Virus record (IMG/VR): IMGVR_UViG_3300009285_002995
Location: 4,271 to 68,270 of that record
DNA: 64,000 bases
Reading direction: 5' to 3' (one strand)
Source: a virus
Both the position numbers and the translations under genes were made by a program. The notes beneath the pieces were generated by a model, which searched no databases, had not been told where the DNA came from, and was given only the letters and a program-made list of their open reading frames with translations. How positions within the stretch are numbered: position 1 is the stretch's first letter; every line of letters starts with the position of its first letter. Shown piece by piece: positions 1 to 9,427 of this stretch.

Positions 1-443
1 AAGTAAATCTAGAACTGTTTCACCCAAGAGTGGCACAGGTAGTAGAAGAAAACCCGCAAAAGTTTGATATAAGGGTCTACAACACCTACCTGAGCAAAGG
101 GCGTCATAAAGTAATCCAATACAGTGGTAGGATCAATAAAACCGAGGTTGGGGAACAGTTGACCATAGACATGGGTTTGTGGCGATATACTGGCAAAATA
201 CTTATCATCTCTCCGGGGAACCACGACACGGTTATAATTGGTCCTTTTGATGCAATCCCTAAAAACAGATTCACAACACCACAATATGCTGGAAAACTAG
301 ACCAAGTGCTGTTGGATGTAACCGAAATTACAAGGTACAGTAACGGGGCGTTCAAGGTTTTCTCTCTCAGAGAGGGGACCCTCTCAGGCTCGCAGATTGA
401 ACGAGCACTCGAATACATAAAGGAGCTAATGGGGTGCAATTAA
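1..443 (+). CDS. hypothetical protein, probably 5'-truncated by the window edge
   Basis: The frame of ORF 30..443 is open back to base 3; no recognisable motif. Confidence 0.55.
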   Translation, partial: VNLELFHPRVAQVVEENPQKFDIRVYNTYLSKGRHKVIQYSGRINKTEVGEQLTIDMGLWRYTGKILIISPGNHDTVIIGPFDAIPKNRFTTPQYAGKLDQVLLDVTEITRYSNGAFKVFSLREGTLSGSQIERALEYIKELMGCN

Positions 444-808
444 TTTATTATGATTTTTATATCAAGTGGTTAAAAAAGATGTTCAAAACATTAAGCCCAC
501 CACTTGATGAAATAATGATAAAATACTACCTTAAAGAGAAGGGGCAGTGGACAATTGCACAGGGGTTTGTTAAAAAAGACGGGACAAAAGTCTGTACTAA
601 TGACTATATATATCAATTAAGGAAAAAAGCTGTGTGGTTGCTTAAAAAACCATATCGTGTAAAAGAGTTTACCAGTAAAAACCCCATAACAGAGGAAGCT
701 TATTTATATTTGTGTGATACACTCTTAGATGCTTATTTTCGAGAAGAAACAAGACATACTAACGCAACAAGAAAAAATGAAGTTATATACAAAGGAGTGT
801 ATAAATGA
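434..808 (+). CDS. hypothetical protein
   Basis: 124-aa ORF with ATGA overlap into the methyltransferase gene. Confidence 0.55.
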   Translation: MQLIYYDFYIKWLKKMFKTLSPPLDEIMIKYYLKEKGQWTIAQGFVKKDGTKVCTNDYIYQLRKKAVWLLKKPYRVKEFTSKNPITEEAYLYLCDTLLDAYFREETRHTNATRKNEVIYKGVYK

Positions 809-1677
809 AATTTGACAAAGCAAAAGGCGGTTTAGGACTTCGCCCGAATCCGTTTACCCTTGTAAAAGATAAATACAAAATACCGCCCATGACTGTGTGG
901 GAACTTGACTATACAAGTAGCTACTTACGTTCATTGAAACAAATAATAGGGGACGATGGTACAACAAGGGGCGAGTTGGCGCAGGAGGCATTTGGGTACA
1001 AAACTGCATTGGGCAGCAGCAATACAGGGGTTAGTATATTTAACCCAATGGTTGTTGTGTGGTTGCTTGACTTTTACGCTCATGGCAAAAACATCGTTGT
1101 ATACGACCCGTTTGCAGGGGGTGGCACAAGGGCTTTTGTCACCGCTGCATTGGGGCATAGGTACACAGGGAAAGAGCTGAGGCAGCAGGAGATTGAGCGC
1201 ATTTATAAACATGCGGGGCAGCATGGGTTGTTGGAGAGGATTGATATACATCTTGGGGATAGCTGTATACACGATGACACTTTTAAAGACAATAGCGCAG
1301 ACCTGTTAATCACTTGCCCACCATATTACAACCTTGAAAAATATAATGGTGGTGAGGACGATTTAAGTATGCTAGACAGCTACACCGACTTCATTGCAAA
1401 GCTTGAGAAGTGCGTGTTTGAGACAAAAAGGATATTAAAACCCGATGGCGTGAGCTGTTGGGTAATGGGTATGATACGTGATAGCAAGGGTGTGTTAATA
1501 CCAATGCACCATGATGTAACGACACTGCACCACAAGGTTGGTTTTCAGCACAAGGAAGAAGTGGCGCTGTATATGAAGAATACAGGCAGTGTGCAACGGA
1601 TAGGGAATTTTGACAAAGGGAACAATTTCCTTATCCGCACTCACGAGTATTGTGAGGTGTACGTAAACAAGAAATAA
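805..1677 (+). CDS. DNA amino-methyltransferase (N6-adenine/N4-cytosine)
   Basis: SAM-binding motif YDPFAGGGT and catalytic motif IV-like TCPPYY; SIFNP motif typical of phage orphan methylases. Confidence 0.85.
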   Translation: MKFDKAKGGLGLRPNPFTLVKDKYKIPPMTVWELDYTSSYLRSLKQIIGDDGTTRGELAQEAFGYKTALGSSNTGVSIFNPMVVVWLLDFYAHGKNIVVYDPFAGGGTRAFVTAALGHRYTGKELRQQEIERIYKHAGQHGLLERIDIHLGDSCIHDDTFKDNSADLLITCPPYYNLEKYNGGEDDLSMLDSYTDFIAKLEKCVFETKRILKPDGVSCWVMGMIRDSKGVLIPMHHDVTTLHHKVGFQHKEEVALYMKNTGSVQRIGNFDKGNNFLIRTHEYCEVYVNKK

Positions 1678-1713
1678 TATATCCCTTAATTACCCAACAA
1701 GGAGGACAAAACA

Positions 1714-2178
1714 ATGACAACAAAACTATCATCAAAACAAAGGCAGTCGTTTGAAACAACAAACAAAATTCTCCAGTATATTATTAGAAATGGCAATGAG
1801 GTAAAATTCTCAATGCCACAGCTTGCGAAAGTAATGGGCTTAAAATACTGGGTGTTGAACGAATGTTGCCACAAGCTCGAGAGAGCAAAAAAGATAACGA
1901 TAAATAGCTCTGACAAAACGATGGCTGCTACAGAAGACAGCGACCTATTAACGCCAGAGGAGTATGCAAAGGTTTGCAATTACAGGGTAAAAAAAGACAC
2001 GACAAAAACAAAAGAAGGGCTACAAGGGGCGTTAGACAAAACCTTCACAGCAACCCTTGAGAAGATTGACTCTAATGAGATCTTCATCAGTGGGTCGCCT
2101 TCTGCAATAGCAGACCTGTTAAGGCTGTTGGCAAAGGATTCAATAGTAGATTTGTTGAAGCTGTTACCAAAAAATTAA
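1714..2178 (+). CDS. hypothetical protein, possible winged-HTH DNA-binding protein
   Basis: Strong RBS (AAGGAGG); N-terminal FSMPQLAKVMGL...LERAKKI resembles an HTH. Confidence 0.5.
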   Translation: MTTKLSSKQRQSFETTNKILQYIIRNGNEVKFSMPQLAKVMGLKYWVLNECCHKLERAKKITINSSDKTMAATEDSDLLTPEEYAKVCNYRVKKDTTKTKEGLQGALDKTFTATLEKIDSNEIFISGSPSAIADLLRLLAKDSIVDLLKLLPKN

Positions 2179-2190
2179 AAGGAGGGACAA

Positions 2191-2541
2191 ATGGAAATAA
2201 AAATCAAACAAGTTTTTTTAGACACTGACATGCGCAAAGGGCAAATTGCACTGAAAGAACTAAGCGGGGACGAGTATATTGCCGGTGGTGATTTTTACTT
2301 TTTCATCAATAAGCGCAGCGATATAATAAAAATCATAAGTAAAGAGGGTATGTATGTAGAGCGGTTGCCAAAGAACCAAACATACGATCTTACGCTGCGC
2401 AAAGAGAAATTGTTTAAAAAGATAGGGGAACATTGGGGCTTAACTCCAAGCGTTCGCAACGGTGCTTATGAGAATTTACAGAAACAGTTACGGGAGAGAA
2501 AAGTACTGCACGCAGCAAAACGTAAAAACAGAAGTAAATAA
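2191..2541 (+). CDS. IS66 TnpB (Orf2)-like protein, with no transposase nearby
   Basis: TDMRKG...FYFFINKRSDIIKII..G.YVERL follows the IS66 TnpB pattern (DMRKG...FxFxNxxxDxIKIL..G...KRL); strong RBS. Confidence 0.6.
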   Translation: MEIKIKQVFLDTDMRKGQIALKELSGDEYIAGGDFYFFINKRSDIIKIISKEGMYVERLPKNQTYDLTLRKEKLFKKIGEHWGLTPSVRNGAYENLQKQLRERKVLHAAKRKNRSK

Positions 2542-2570
2542 ATAAGGACCAGGTGTAGCATTCATTATAT

Positions 2571-2927
2571 ATGGCAAACCCACAGCAAGACTATAAAGAT
2601 AAGGTAGCGGCGGTTGAGTTTCTTTTGAAAAGGCAACATGACATTATAATGGAAGCTGTTAAGAAGACACCACCGTACTGGACTATAAAGCACTACAAAA
2701 TGCTCATACATTATGCTTTTGAGGACATAATTTGGTTCAGCTACGGTGGTGGTAATAAAAAGAACAGAGAGTTAAGGAAACAGGTGCTGTTAGACATCGA
2801 AACATTAGGACTTTTACCAGTAAAAGGAGGAGTGAGACGTGCAAGTAATAAGAGAAAAGCTATTAGAAGCAATCAAGAAAGCTCAACCGGGAACGAGCAG
2901 CAAGACACCAAGCACACCACAGGATGA
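2571..2927 (+). CDS. hypothetical protein
   Basis: 118-aa ORF overlapping the start of the clamp gene. Confidence 0.5.
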   Translation: MANPQQDYKDKVAAVEFLLKRQHDIIMEAVKKTPPYWTIKHYKMLIHYAFEDIIWFSYGGGNKKNRELRKQVLLDIETLGLLPVKGGVRRASNKRKAIRSNQESSTGNEQQDTKHTTG

Positions 2928-3897
2928 TGCCATAGCAGGATTTGACAACCTGTACTTTGGCAGTGATTATGTCATGACTTATAATGACGCAGTCAGTGTC
3001 CGTGCCCCTATTGCAATAGGGATTGAGTGTGGGGTGAAGGCAAAGGAAATGATCTCATTGGTCAATGCGTTGAAAGTAGAGACGCTTGACATTGATTTCA
3101 AAAACGATCAACTTCTTATAAGCGGCCCTACAAGCCGTGCCGGTATGATAAGCGTGGTGGATTGGAGCGAGAGAATGAAAACCGTAATGGAAACACTGAA
3201 GGTCGACCCTGCTGCGTGGTTGCCAGTACCGTCAGACCTACAGGATGCCATCCGTATTTGCAGCTTCAGCACCAGTAAAGAGTTAATAATGGGTGCGCTC
3301 TGCTGTATTAACATCAAAGACGACAAGGTGTGCAGTTGCGATGATTACCGCATAAGTACATACCAGTTGGGCAGCAGCATAAACGCTAATGTACTGGTAA
3401 GAGGTAATGATATTATAGGGGCAACAAAGTTGGGCCGCTTTGCCTTTTATAATATCACCGATGCATGGCTGCATATTAAGTTTGAGGATGAGACCATTTA
3501 CAGTTGCCGCAGGGTGTGGGACGATTATCCTGATGTTGGTGGTTTCTTTGAGAAGAAAGACGGGCTACCAATTAGTTTCAGTACCGATGTGTTGGCAAGC
3601 TTGGAACGCAACATGGTGTTTGCAGAGGGGGAGAAAGAGACCCAACTGGACACTAAAGTAACCATCAAACCCGGAGGTGCTGGGACACTGCACAGTTACA
3701 AAGACGGTGTAGGCTGGGAAGAGGAGGACATACAAGTAGGGTACGATGGCAAAGACGAGATAGTGTTTAAAGCCAATCCTGTTTTTCTCTCCCAAGTCAT
3801 AAACAAAAGCATGGGTGTCACCTATTGCCCAAATGAGCGAAGGCTGGTGTTTGAGAGTGGGCAGTTCAACCATGTTCTTTCTGTAGTACAAAACTAA
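2839..3897 (+). CDS. dnaN: DNA polymerase III beta sliding clamp-like protein
   Basis: 352 aa; SCDDYRI (ATDxxRL-like), DYPDV (YPDY-like) and FKANPVFL (FNxxYL-like); GGAGGAG RBS before GTG; adjacent to clamp loader and DnaE. Confidence 0.8.
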   Translation: MQVIREKLLEAIKKAQPGTSSKTPSTPQDDAIAGFDNLYFGSDYVMTYNDAVSVRAPIAIGIECGVKAKEMISLVNALKVETLDIDFKNDQLLISGPTSRAGMISVVDWSERMKTVMETLKVDPAAWLPVPSDLQDAIRICSFSTSKELIMGALCCINIKDDKVCSCDDYRISTYQLGSSINANVLVRGNDIIGATKLGRFAFYNITDAWLHIKFEDETIYSCRRVWDDYPDVGGFFEKKDGLPISFSTDVLASLERNMVFAEGEKETQLDTKVTIKPGGAGTLHSYKDGVGWEEEDIQVGYDGKDEIVFKANPVFLSQVINKSMGVTYCPNERRLVFESGQFNHVLSVVQN

Positions 3898-3921
3898 TAT
3901 ATATACGAAGTATATATATTA
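3895..3921. repeat. perfect 12-bp AT-rich inverted repeat with GAA loop
   Basis: TAATATATATAC-GAA-GTATATATATTA. Confidence 0.9.
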
Positions 3922-3930
3922 CTCTCAACA

Positions 3931-4003
3931 TAGGGAGTGGATGTAATGTCAACATCGTTTATCAAATTGGTAAAAGTTGAGGGTTAAAGTCCCTCCTCCC
4001 TTT
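3931..4003 (+). tRNA. tRNA-like cloverleaf (pseudo-tRNA, non-canonical anticodon loop)
   Basis: Acceptor (T)AGGGAG/CTCCCT(T); D-arm GATG-TAATGTCAA-CATC; anticodon arm TTTAT-CAAATTG-GTAAA; variable AGTT; T-arm GAGGG-TTAAAGT-CCCTC; 73 nt with tRNA spacing. Confidence 0.65.
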
Positions 4004-4028
4004 TTAAACCTAACAAAAGAGGTGAAGA

Positions 4029-5003
4029 GTGGTAGAAGAAAGACAGCTATATACTAAATACAGACCACAGTCATTTGAAGACCTGTTTGGTAATATAACA
4101 ACAATAAAGAGTGCCAAACAGGTCTTGAAAAAAGCTACAGGGAAACCTCAAACATATATGATAAGCGGCCCAAGCGGATGTGGTAAGACCACAATTGCAC
4201 GGATTATGGCAAAAGAGCTGGGGTGCAGCGGCAGAGACCTAACTGAGCTGGATGTTGCAACAACAAGAGACATGGCTACCATACGCAACATCATTGACCA
4301 TACCAAATATGCGCCAATCGACAGCAAGTCAAAAGTTTATATATTAGATGAGGCGCAGCAATATAAAACTGACTCACAAAACGCACTTCTTAAAACCCTT
4401 GAATACCCACCACCCAATGTATACTTTTTTATTCTTACAACAGACCCTGACAAACTTATTGAGACAGTGAAAAACAGGTGTGTGCATTGGCGTGTAAATA
4501 CATTAGACAAAAAGGCAATGACAGCCCTTTTAGACAAGGTTTGTGCTGCCGAAGACATTGATTTGCCATCAAACTTGCATTATGAACTGCTTATAAGCGC
4601 AGAGCACTGCCCAAGAAAATTGCTTGTCAACCTTGAGAAGATAAGCGGTATGATTGGGAAAGAAACCATTGAAGACATTGTCGAAGTAATAAAAGGTGTC
4701 TCTGAGGAGTTGCAAAGAGACATAGGAGAATTATACAACAGCATTTGGCGTGGTGAGAAGTGGGAAGTGGCGGCAAGGCAGGTTCAGAAATGGAAAAAGA
4801 AAGAGACAGACGTATTGCGAACCATGTTAAGCTACATGGGCGGCGTACTACTGCGCAGCGGCGATTATCGTGATGCTTTGATAATAAGAGAGACGATGGA
4901 TGCATTCAGGATAATTACTCAACCATACAACAGTGATCGCTTTGCTACTTTTGTCTATGCGTGGTACAAGGTGTGGGAAATATGTAATAAAGAGAGACGA
5001 TAG
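4029..5003 (+). CDS. dnaX: clamp loader AAA+ ATPase (DnaX gamma/tau-like)
   Basis: LYTKYRPQSF N-terminus, Walker A GPSGCGKT, Walker B ILDEA, NALLKTLE, SRC-like NRC. Confidence 0.9.
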   Translation: MVEERQLYTKYRPQSFEDLFGNITTIKSAKQVLKKATGKPQTYMISGPSGCGKTTIARIMAKELGCSGRDLTELDVATTRDMATIRNIIDHTKYAPIDSKSKVYILDEAQQYKTDSQNALLKTLEYPPPNVYFFILTTDPDKLIETVKNRCVHWRVNTLDKKAMTALLDKVCAAEDIDLPSNLHYELLISAEHCPRKLLVNLEKISGMIGKETIEDIVEVIKGVSEELQRDIGELYNSIWRGEKWEVAARQVQKWKKKETDVLRTMLSYMGGVLLRSGDYRDALIIRETMDAFRIITQPYNSDRFATFVYAWYKVWEICNKERR

Positions 5004-5005
5004 CT

Positions 5006-5278
5006 ATGGTCTACACAACAAACACAAATTCATCTTATTCTTATACATATGGTGGGGTTTATGATCAAGATTATGATGATGTCACCGCCGCAAGAACCTA
5101 CACAGATGGTGGATCTTTAGAGGACTATATCACCTATGTAATGCAACCAGAACCAGAACAATGGTTTATTGAAAGACCTATAATTTATGACAGGCTTGAC
5201 TATTTAAAACCTGTTAATTTTCACAAAAACTTTCAACTCAAAAATTTACCAATAAGCAATAAGATTTATGCCAATTAA
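5006..5278 (+). CDS. hypothetical protein
   Basis: 90-aa ORF tightly packed in the operon. Confidence 0.5.
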   Translation: MVYTTNTNSSYSYTYGGVYDQDYDDVTAARTYTDGGSLEDYITYVMQPEPEQWFIERPIIYDRLDYLKPVNFHKNFQLKNLPISNKIYAN

Positions 5279-5301
5279 ACAGCCGTAAGAGGAGAATTAT
5301 A

Positions 5302-5466
5302 ATGGCAGTAAAAGATGTTAAGTTTTTAATAGGTGACGAGAACTCTGACACATACATCGCAGAGTACGATGGCAATTTCATTATTCAAGATTGCGAAATG
5401 AACGAAGAAGGAGATATTATAGGCAAAAAGATTCGTGTTGAGCGTAAAATAGCATCGGAGAGTTAA
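5302..5466 (+). CDS. small hypothetical protein (54 aa)
   Basis: AGAGGAG RBS, ATG at 5302 (MAVKDVKFLIGDE...), TAA 3 nt before dnaE. Confidence 0.55.
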   Translation: MAVKDVKFLIGDENSDTYIAEYDGNFIIQDCEMNEEGDIIGKKIRVERKIASES

Positions 5467-5469
5467 TAT

Positions 5470-8400
5470 ATGAATTTTTGTCATCTGCATGTACACAACG
5501 AGTATAGTATATTAGATGGTTTTGGGAAGGCACAACAATATGCGGCAAGGTTGGCGCAGTTGGGACACAAATTCTGCGCCCTTACAAATCACGGGAATGT
5601 TAACGGAGCAATACAATGGCAAAAGGCTTTAAGCGAAGTAGGGATAACGCCCATTTTCGGATGCGAGCTGTACATAGTCCAAGACGCAGCAGTAAAGCAA
5701 AAAGGGGATGTCAGAAAACACATCACGGCACTCGTGGAAAACGAAGAGGGGTGGCGTAACCTGTTGAAGATGTTAAGCTATGCAAATATTGAAGGATTTT
5801 ATTACAGGCCAAGGGTTGATGTAAAAACTTTTGAGGGGCACATGGGTGGGTTGGTTTTTTTAAGCGGTTGTGCTGATAGTTTGTTGTTGACAAGCTGGGG
5901 GTTGGATGTTGTCTCGAAGCTTTACCACAACAAACAGATTTACTTCGAAGTAATGCCGTTTTGTACAGAACAGCAAAAAACTATCAACAAATTTTGTATT
6001 GACAACTGCGACAATGATATGCTTGTCGCAACAAATGATGTCCACTATATAATGAAAGAAGATGCAGAAGTGCACGATGTAATGCTTGCCATACAGACGA
6101 AGGACAAAATGAGCAGCAAAAGCAGGTGGACGTTTGGCGATGGTGAGCTATATCTTAAAAGCGATTATGAAATGATGAAGGGGTTTAAAGAGCAGGGGGT
6201 ACTAAACAGGGCGCAGTACTTAAATGCAATACAGCAGACGGTACAAATTGCCGAGCGCTGTAAGCAATTTAAAATACTCCGTGTACCTGTTACCCTGCCA
6301 CGCATACCACAGGTTGACGAGGGGAGAGATGAGTTTGCATTTCTACGCAATATTGTTTACCCAAAACTGAACATATTATTAAAGAAAATACCCGAAGACA
6401 AAAAGTGGGAATATGGTGAGCGGCTAGAGGAAGAATTGGAAGCAATTAAGAAGGCTGGGTTTACACGATATTTCCTTATTGTGTGGGAGCTTATACAGTG
6501 GTGTAACAACGAGGGCATAATGGTTGGGCCGGGAAGAGGAAGTGCAGGGGGCAGTTTGGTTGTGTACTTATTGGGGATAACACAGGTAGACCCTATAAAA
6601 CATGGGCTGCTGTTTTTTAGATTCATCAGTCCAGACCGTATTGACCTACCAGATATTGACCTTGACTTTGAGGACACAAAAAGAGAACTGGTGCGCAAAC
6701 ATTTGATTGATCTTTATGGTGAGCACAATGTAGCTTATATCAGTACAGTACAGGAGATGCACGGTCGCAGTGCTATACGTGATGTCGGAAGGGTTTTTGA
6801 CCTACCGGCAAAAGATGTTGATGAGTTTGCCAAAAGCATTGACAAAGGGCTGACAGACAGTACTAATACTGAGGCCGCTGCGCAATTTGCAACCGATCAT
6901 CCAACGCCATATAAAATTGCGTTGCGGTTGGAAGGGCAGCTACGCAGTAGTGGCACACATGCTGCTGCTTGTGTAGTGAGTAATGAAGACCTTACACTTG
7001 GCAACAAAGGGGTCCTTTTAAACGCAAAAAACAATGAACTGGCTATTAACTGGGACAAAGACGATGCCGAGTTTATGGGGCTAATGAAGCTTGACTTGCT
7101 TGGGCTTAAAGAGCTCTCGGTATTAAACAGGGCAAGGAAATTGATAATTGAGAAAGAAAGCAAAACATTTGAATATACCGACATACCACTGGACATACCT
7201 TACGTACTACATGAATTTGCACAAGGGAACACCGTTGGCTGTTTTCAATTTGGCAGCGATGGTATCCGTAAACTGTGCAGAGATGTTGGTGTGAGCAACT
7301 TCGAAGACATTGTTGCTATAAACGCATTGTATAGACCAGGGACAATGCGCAGCGGTATGTTTCGTCAGTACGTTGACGGTAAGCACGGGGTAGCAATACC
7401 TAAAATACACCCAAAGTTTGATGAGATAACCAAAAGCACCTTTGGTGTGGTGGTGTATCAAGAGCAGTTAATGAACGTGACGCACTACGTCGCTGGGTTG
7501 GATTGGGCTACTACCGACAAACTGCGCAAGGTGGTTGCCAAAAGCAAGGGGGCGGCTGAGTTTAATAAGTTTAAAGATATGTTTGTTGCGGGCTGTTACA
7601 AAACAAGCGGTATTGATGAAAACACGGCAGCAAATTATTTTGACAAACTGGCGGCGTTTGCTGGATATGGATTTAATCGATCACATTCTGTACAGTATAG
7701 TATAATCGCCTATTGGGGGATGTGGTTAAAAGTTACACACCCTGCCGAGTTCATAGCCGCATCATTAACCTTTGGTAGCGATTCAAAAACAGGGGTGCTT
7801 GTAGATGAAGCTATACGCTTGGGGTTGAAATTAAAACTGCCAAAATACGGGGTTAGTGATAGCTTTAACTGGGTTGCAAAAGACAACTATCTATACTGCC
7901 CATTCATCGAGGTAAAAGGCATTGGTACAAGCGGTGCTCAAAAAATAAAAGATAGTACAATAGAGTCAAAAAAGCCAAAAAGGTTTTTCACTTCAGGCAC
8001 AGTGGATTTACAAAAAGTGTTGGGTGCGAAAATGTTTGACCTGTTGGTGAAGATAGGAGCGTTTACAGACTATGAAGCAACAGTTGCAGACCTTGAAAAC
8101 ATTAAAGACCTGTTTGACTTTAAGTTCTCCAGTGGTAGTACACCCGAGAAAGCAATTGTAAGGTTGTTTGAGGGCGCTGATGATAAAACACAAACGAAGC
8201 TGTTAGCCGAACTACCCGACATAACAAACGGTGAGTTTGGTGGGTTGAAATTTAAGCTGGGCAAACGGGCCGTGTACCAAAACAAAGAGCTAATTAATTG
8301 TACTGCCTGTGTGTTACGCAAGGGTTGTAATGCGCCTGTGTTGCCGAGTAAAGGGCTGTATAATGTAATGCTGCTGGGGGAAAGCCCGTGGAAAGACGAG

Positions 8401-8829
8401 GACAGAGAGGGTAAAGGATTTGTAGGGAAAACAGGGAAGGAAATACTTTGGCCCGCTCTCCAAAAACACAACCTTCAACGCAATATGTTTCATGTAACTA
8501 ATACAGTGAAATGCGCTCCATTTGCTCAAAAGCTTGATTCAAAAGTTGCTCTACCTTGCCAAAAGTGGTTAACCGAGGAAATACAGCAGTTAAAACCCTG
8601 TCTAATAATGGCTTTTGGTAAGATAAGTTTAAGCTTTTTTGAGGGCGAAGAGGGCAGTATGCTACATTGGAACGGTAGAACTAAGTGGTATGACAAGTGG
8701 AACTGCTGGGTAGTATTTTGCATCCACCCAAGCTATGTAATTTATAAGGGTGGGAAATCGCAGGATTTTGACGATGCTATACAGAAATTTGTTGACCTTA
8801 TGAAGACATTAACTGGTATTATTTTTTAA
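5470..8829 (+). CDS. dnaE: DNA polymerase III alpha subunit (family C) with C-terminal family-4 uracil-DNA glycosylase-like domain
   Basis: PHP motif HLHVHNEYSILDG, GRGSAGGSLV, catalytic PDIDLDF, KLDLLGL, GYGFNRSH; last ~185 aa contain CTAC, GESPWKDEDREGKGFVGKTG, TNTVKC and HPSY. Confidence 0.92.
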   Translation: MNFCHLHVHNEYSILDGFGKAQQYAARLAQLGHKFCALTNHGNVNGAIQWQKALSEVGITPIFGCELYIVQDAAVKQKGDVRKHITALVENEEGWRNLLKMLSYANIEGFYYRPRVDVKTFEGHMGGLVFLSGCADSLLLTSWGLDVVSKLYHNKQIYFEVMPFCTEQQKTINKFCIDNCDNDMLVATNDVHYIMKEDAEVHDVMLAIQTKDKMSSKSRWTFGDGELYLKSDYEMMKGFKEQGVLNRAQYLNAIQQTVQIAERCKQFKILRVPVTLPRIPQVDEGRDEFAFLRNIVYPKLNILLKKIPEDKKWEYGERLEEELEAIKKAGFTRYFLIVWELIQWCNNEGIMVGPGRGSAGGSLVVYLLGITQVDPIKHGLLFFRFISPDRIDLPDIDLDFEDTKRELVRKHLIDLYGEHNVAYISTVQEMHGRSAIRDVGRVFDLPAKDVDEFAKSIDKGLTDSTNTEAAAQFATDHPTPYKIALRLEGQLRSSGTHAAACVVSNEDLTLGNKGVLLNAKNNELAINWDKDDAEFMGLMKLDLLGLKELSVLNRARKLIIEKESKTFEYTDIPLDIPYVLHEFAQGNTVGCFQFGSDGIRKLCRDVGVSNFEDIVAINALYRPGTMRSGMFRQYVDGKHGVAIPKIHPKFDEITKSTFGVVVYQEQLMNVTHYVAGLDWATTDKLRKVVAKSKGAAEFNKFKDMFVAGCYKTSGIDENTAANYFDKLAAFAGYGFNRSHSVQYSIIAYWGMWLKVTHPAEFIAASLTFGSDSKTGVLVDEAIRLGLKLKLPKYGVSDSFNWVAKDNYLYCPFIEVKGIGTSGAQKIKDSTIESKKPKRFFTSGTVDLQKVLGAKMFDLLVKIGAFTDYEATVADLENIKDLFDFKFSSGSTPEKAIVRLFEGADDKTQTKLLAELPDITNGEFGGLKFKLGKRAVYQNKELINCTACVLRKGCNAPVLPSKGLYNVMLLGESPWKDEDREGKGFVGKTGKEILWPALQKHNLQRNMFHVTNTVKCAPFAQKLDSKVALPCQKWLTEEIQQLKPCLIMAFGKISLSFFEGEEGSMLHWNGRTKWYDKWNCWVVFCIHPSYVIYKGGKSQDFDDAIQKFVDLMKTLTGIIF

Positions 8830-8832
8830 AAC

Positions 8833-8865
8833 TTTTCTCATTTCTTGCTACATCAAGTGTATAAT
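8833..8865 (+). promoter_or_regulatory. putative phage promoter, copy 1
   Basis: TTTTCTCATTT-N8-ATCAAGTGTATAAT, intergenic; near-identical copy at 17282-17314; ends in TATAAT. Confidence 0.65.
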
Positions 8866-8899
8866 ATAACATAATGTTAAACACAAAAAGGAGAGAACA

Positions 8900-9427
8900 A
8901 TGACCGAACAACAGGATTTTAACTACCGCAAAGAACTTGAAATTAATATGATGAAACTCGAACACGAATGGTCACAACAACCATTACTTTTTAGTAAATG
9001 GGCCGATGCACACTCCGCCTCTGTACATGAGGTAGACCTGCTGAAACAACAGCTTGAAGTTGAAGAAGAAATGCTTGACCGCACAAAAGCAGAAGTAGAT
9101 CTTGACATACGCACCCATCCCGACAAACTTCCTATAAAACTGACCGAGGCGACTGTGGCTGCATATATAACTACAGACGCAAAGGTACAGAAACAAAAAG
9201 ACAAAATAAACAAAATGAGAAGCGAGCTTGTAGAAGCAAAATATAGAATGGGTTTGCTTGGCAATGCTCGTGATGCCTTTGTGCAGCGCAAGGACGCACT
9301 ACAGGAGCAGGGGCGGCTTTTCCTTGGTAAATACTGGTCAATGCCGAGTGCAAAAGGGTTAACCGACAGAGAGAATGATGCCCTAAAGAAAACCTTAAAA
9401 GAGAAACTTGAAGGCGACAAAGAATAA
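8900..9427 (+). CDS. UvsY-like recombination mediator
   Basis: All-helical; ELEIN..KLEHE....PLLFSKW and AYITTDAKV...DAFVQRKDAL parallel T4 UvsY; lies before SSB and RecA. Confidence 0.65.
   Translation: MTEQQDFNYRKELEINMMKLEHEWSQQPLLFSKWADAHSASVHEVDLLKQQLEVEEEMLDRTKAEVDLDIRTHPDKLPIKLTEATVAAYITTDAKVQKQKDKINKMRSELVEAKYRMGLLGNARDAFVQRKDALQEQGRLFLGKYWSMPSAKGLTDRENDALKKTLKEKLEGDKE

Noticed and set aside
1714-2927. Complete IS66 element
   Set aside because: No DDE transposase, terminal inverted repeats or target duplication visible; only the TnpB-like gene is kept as a finding.
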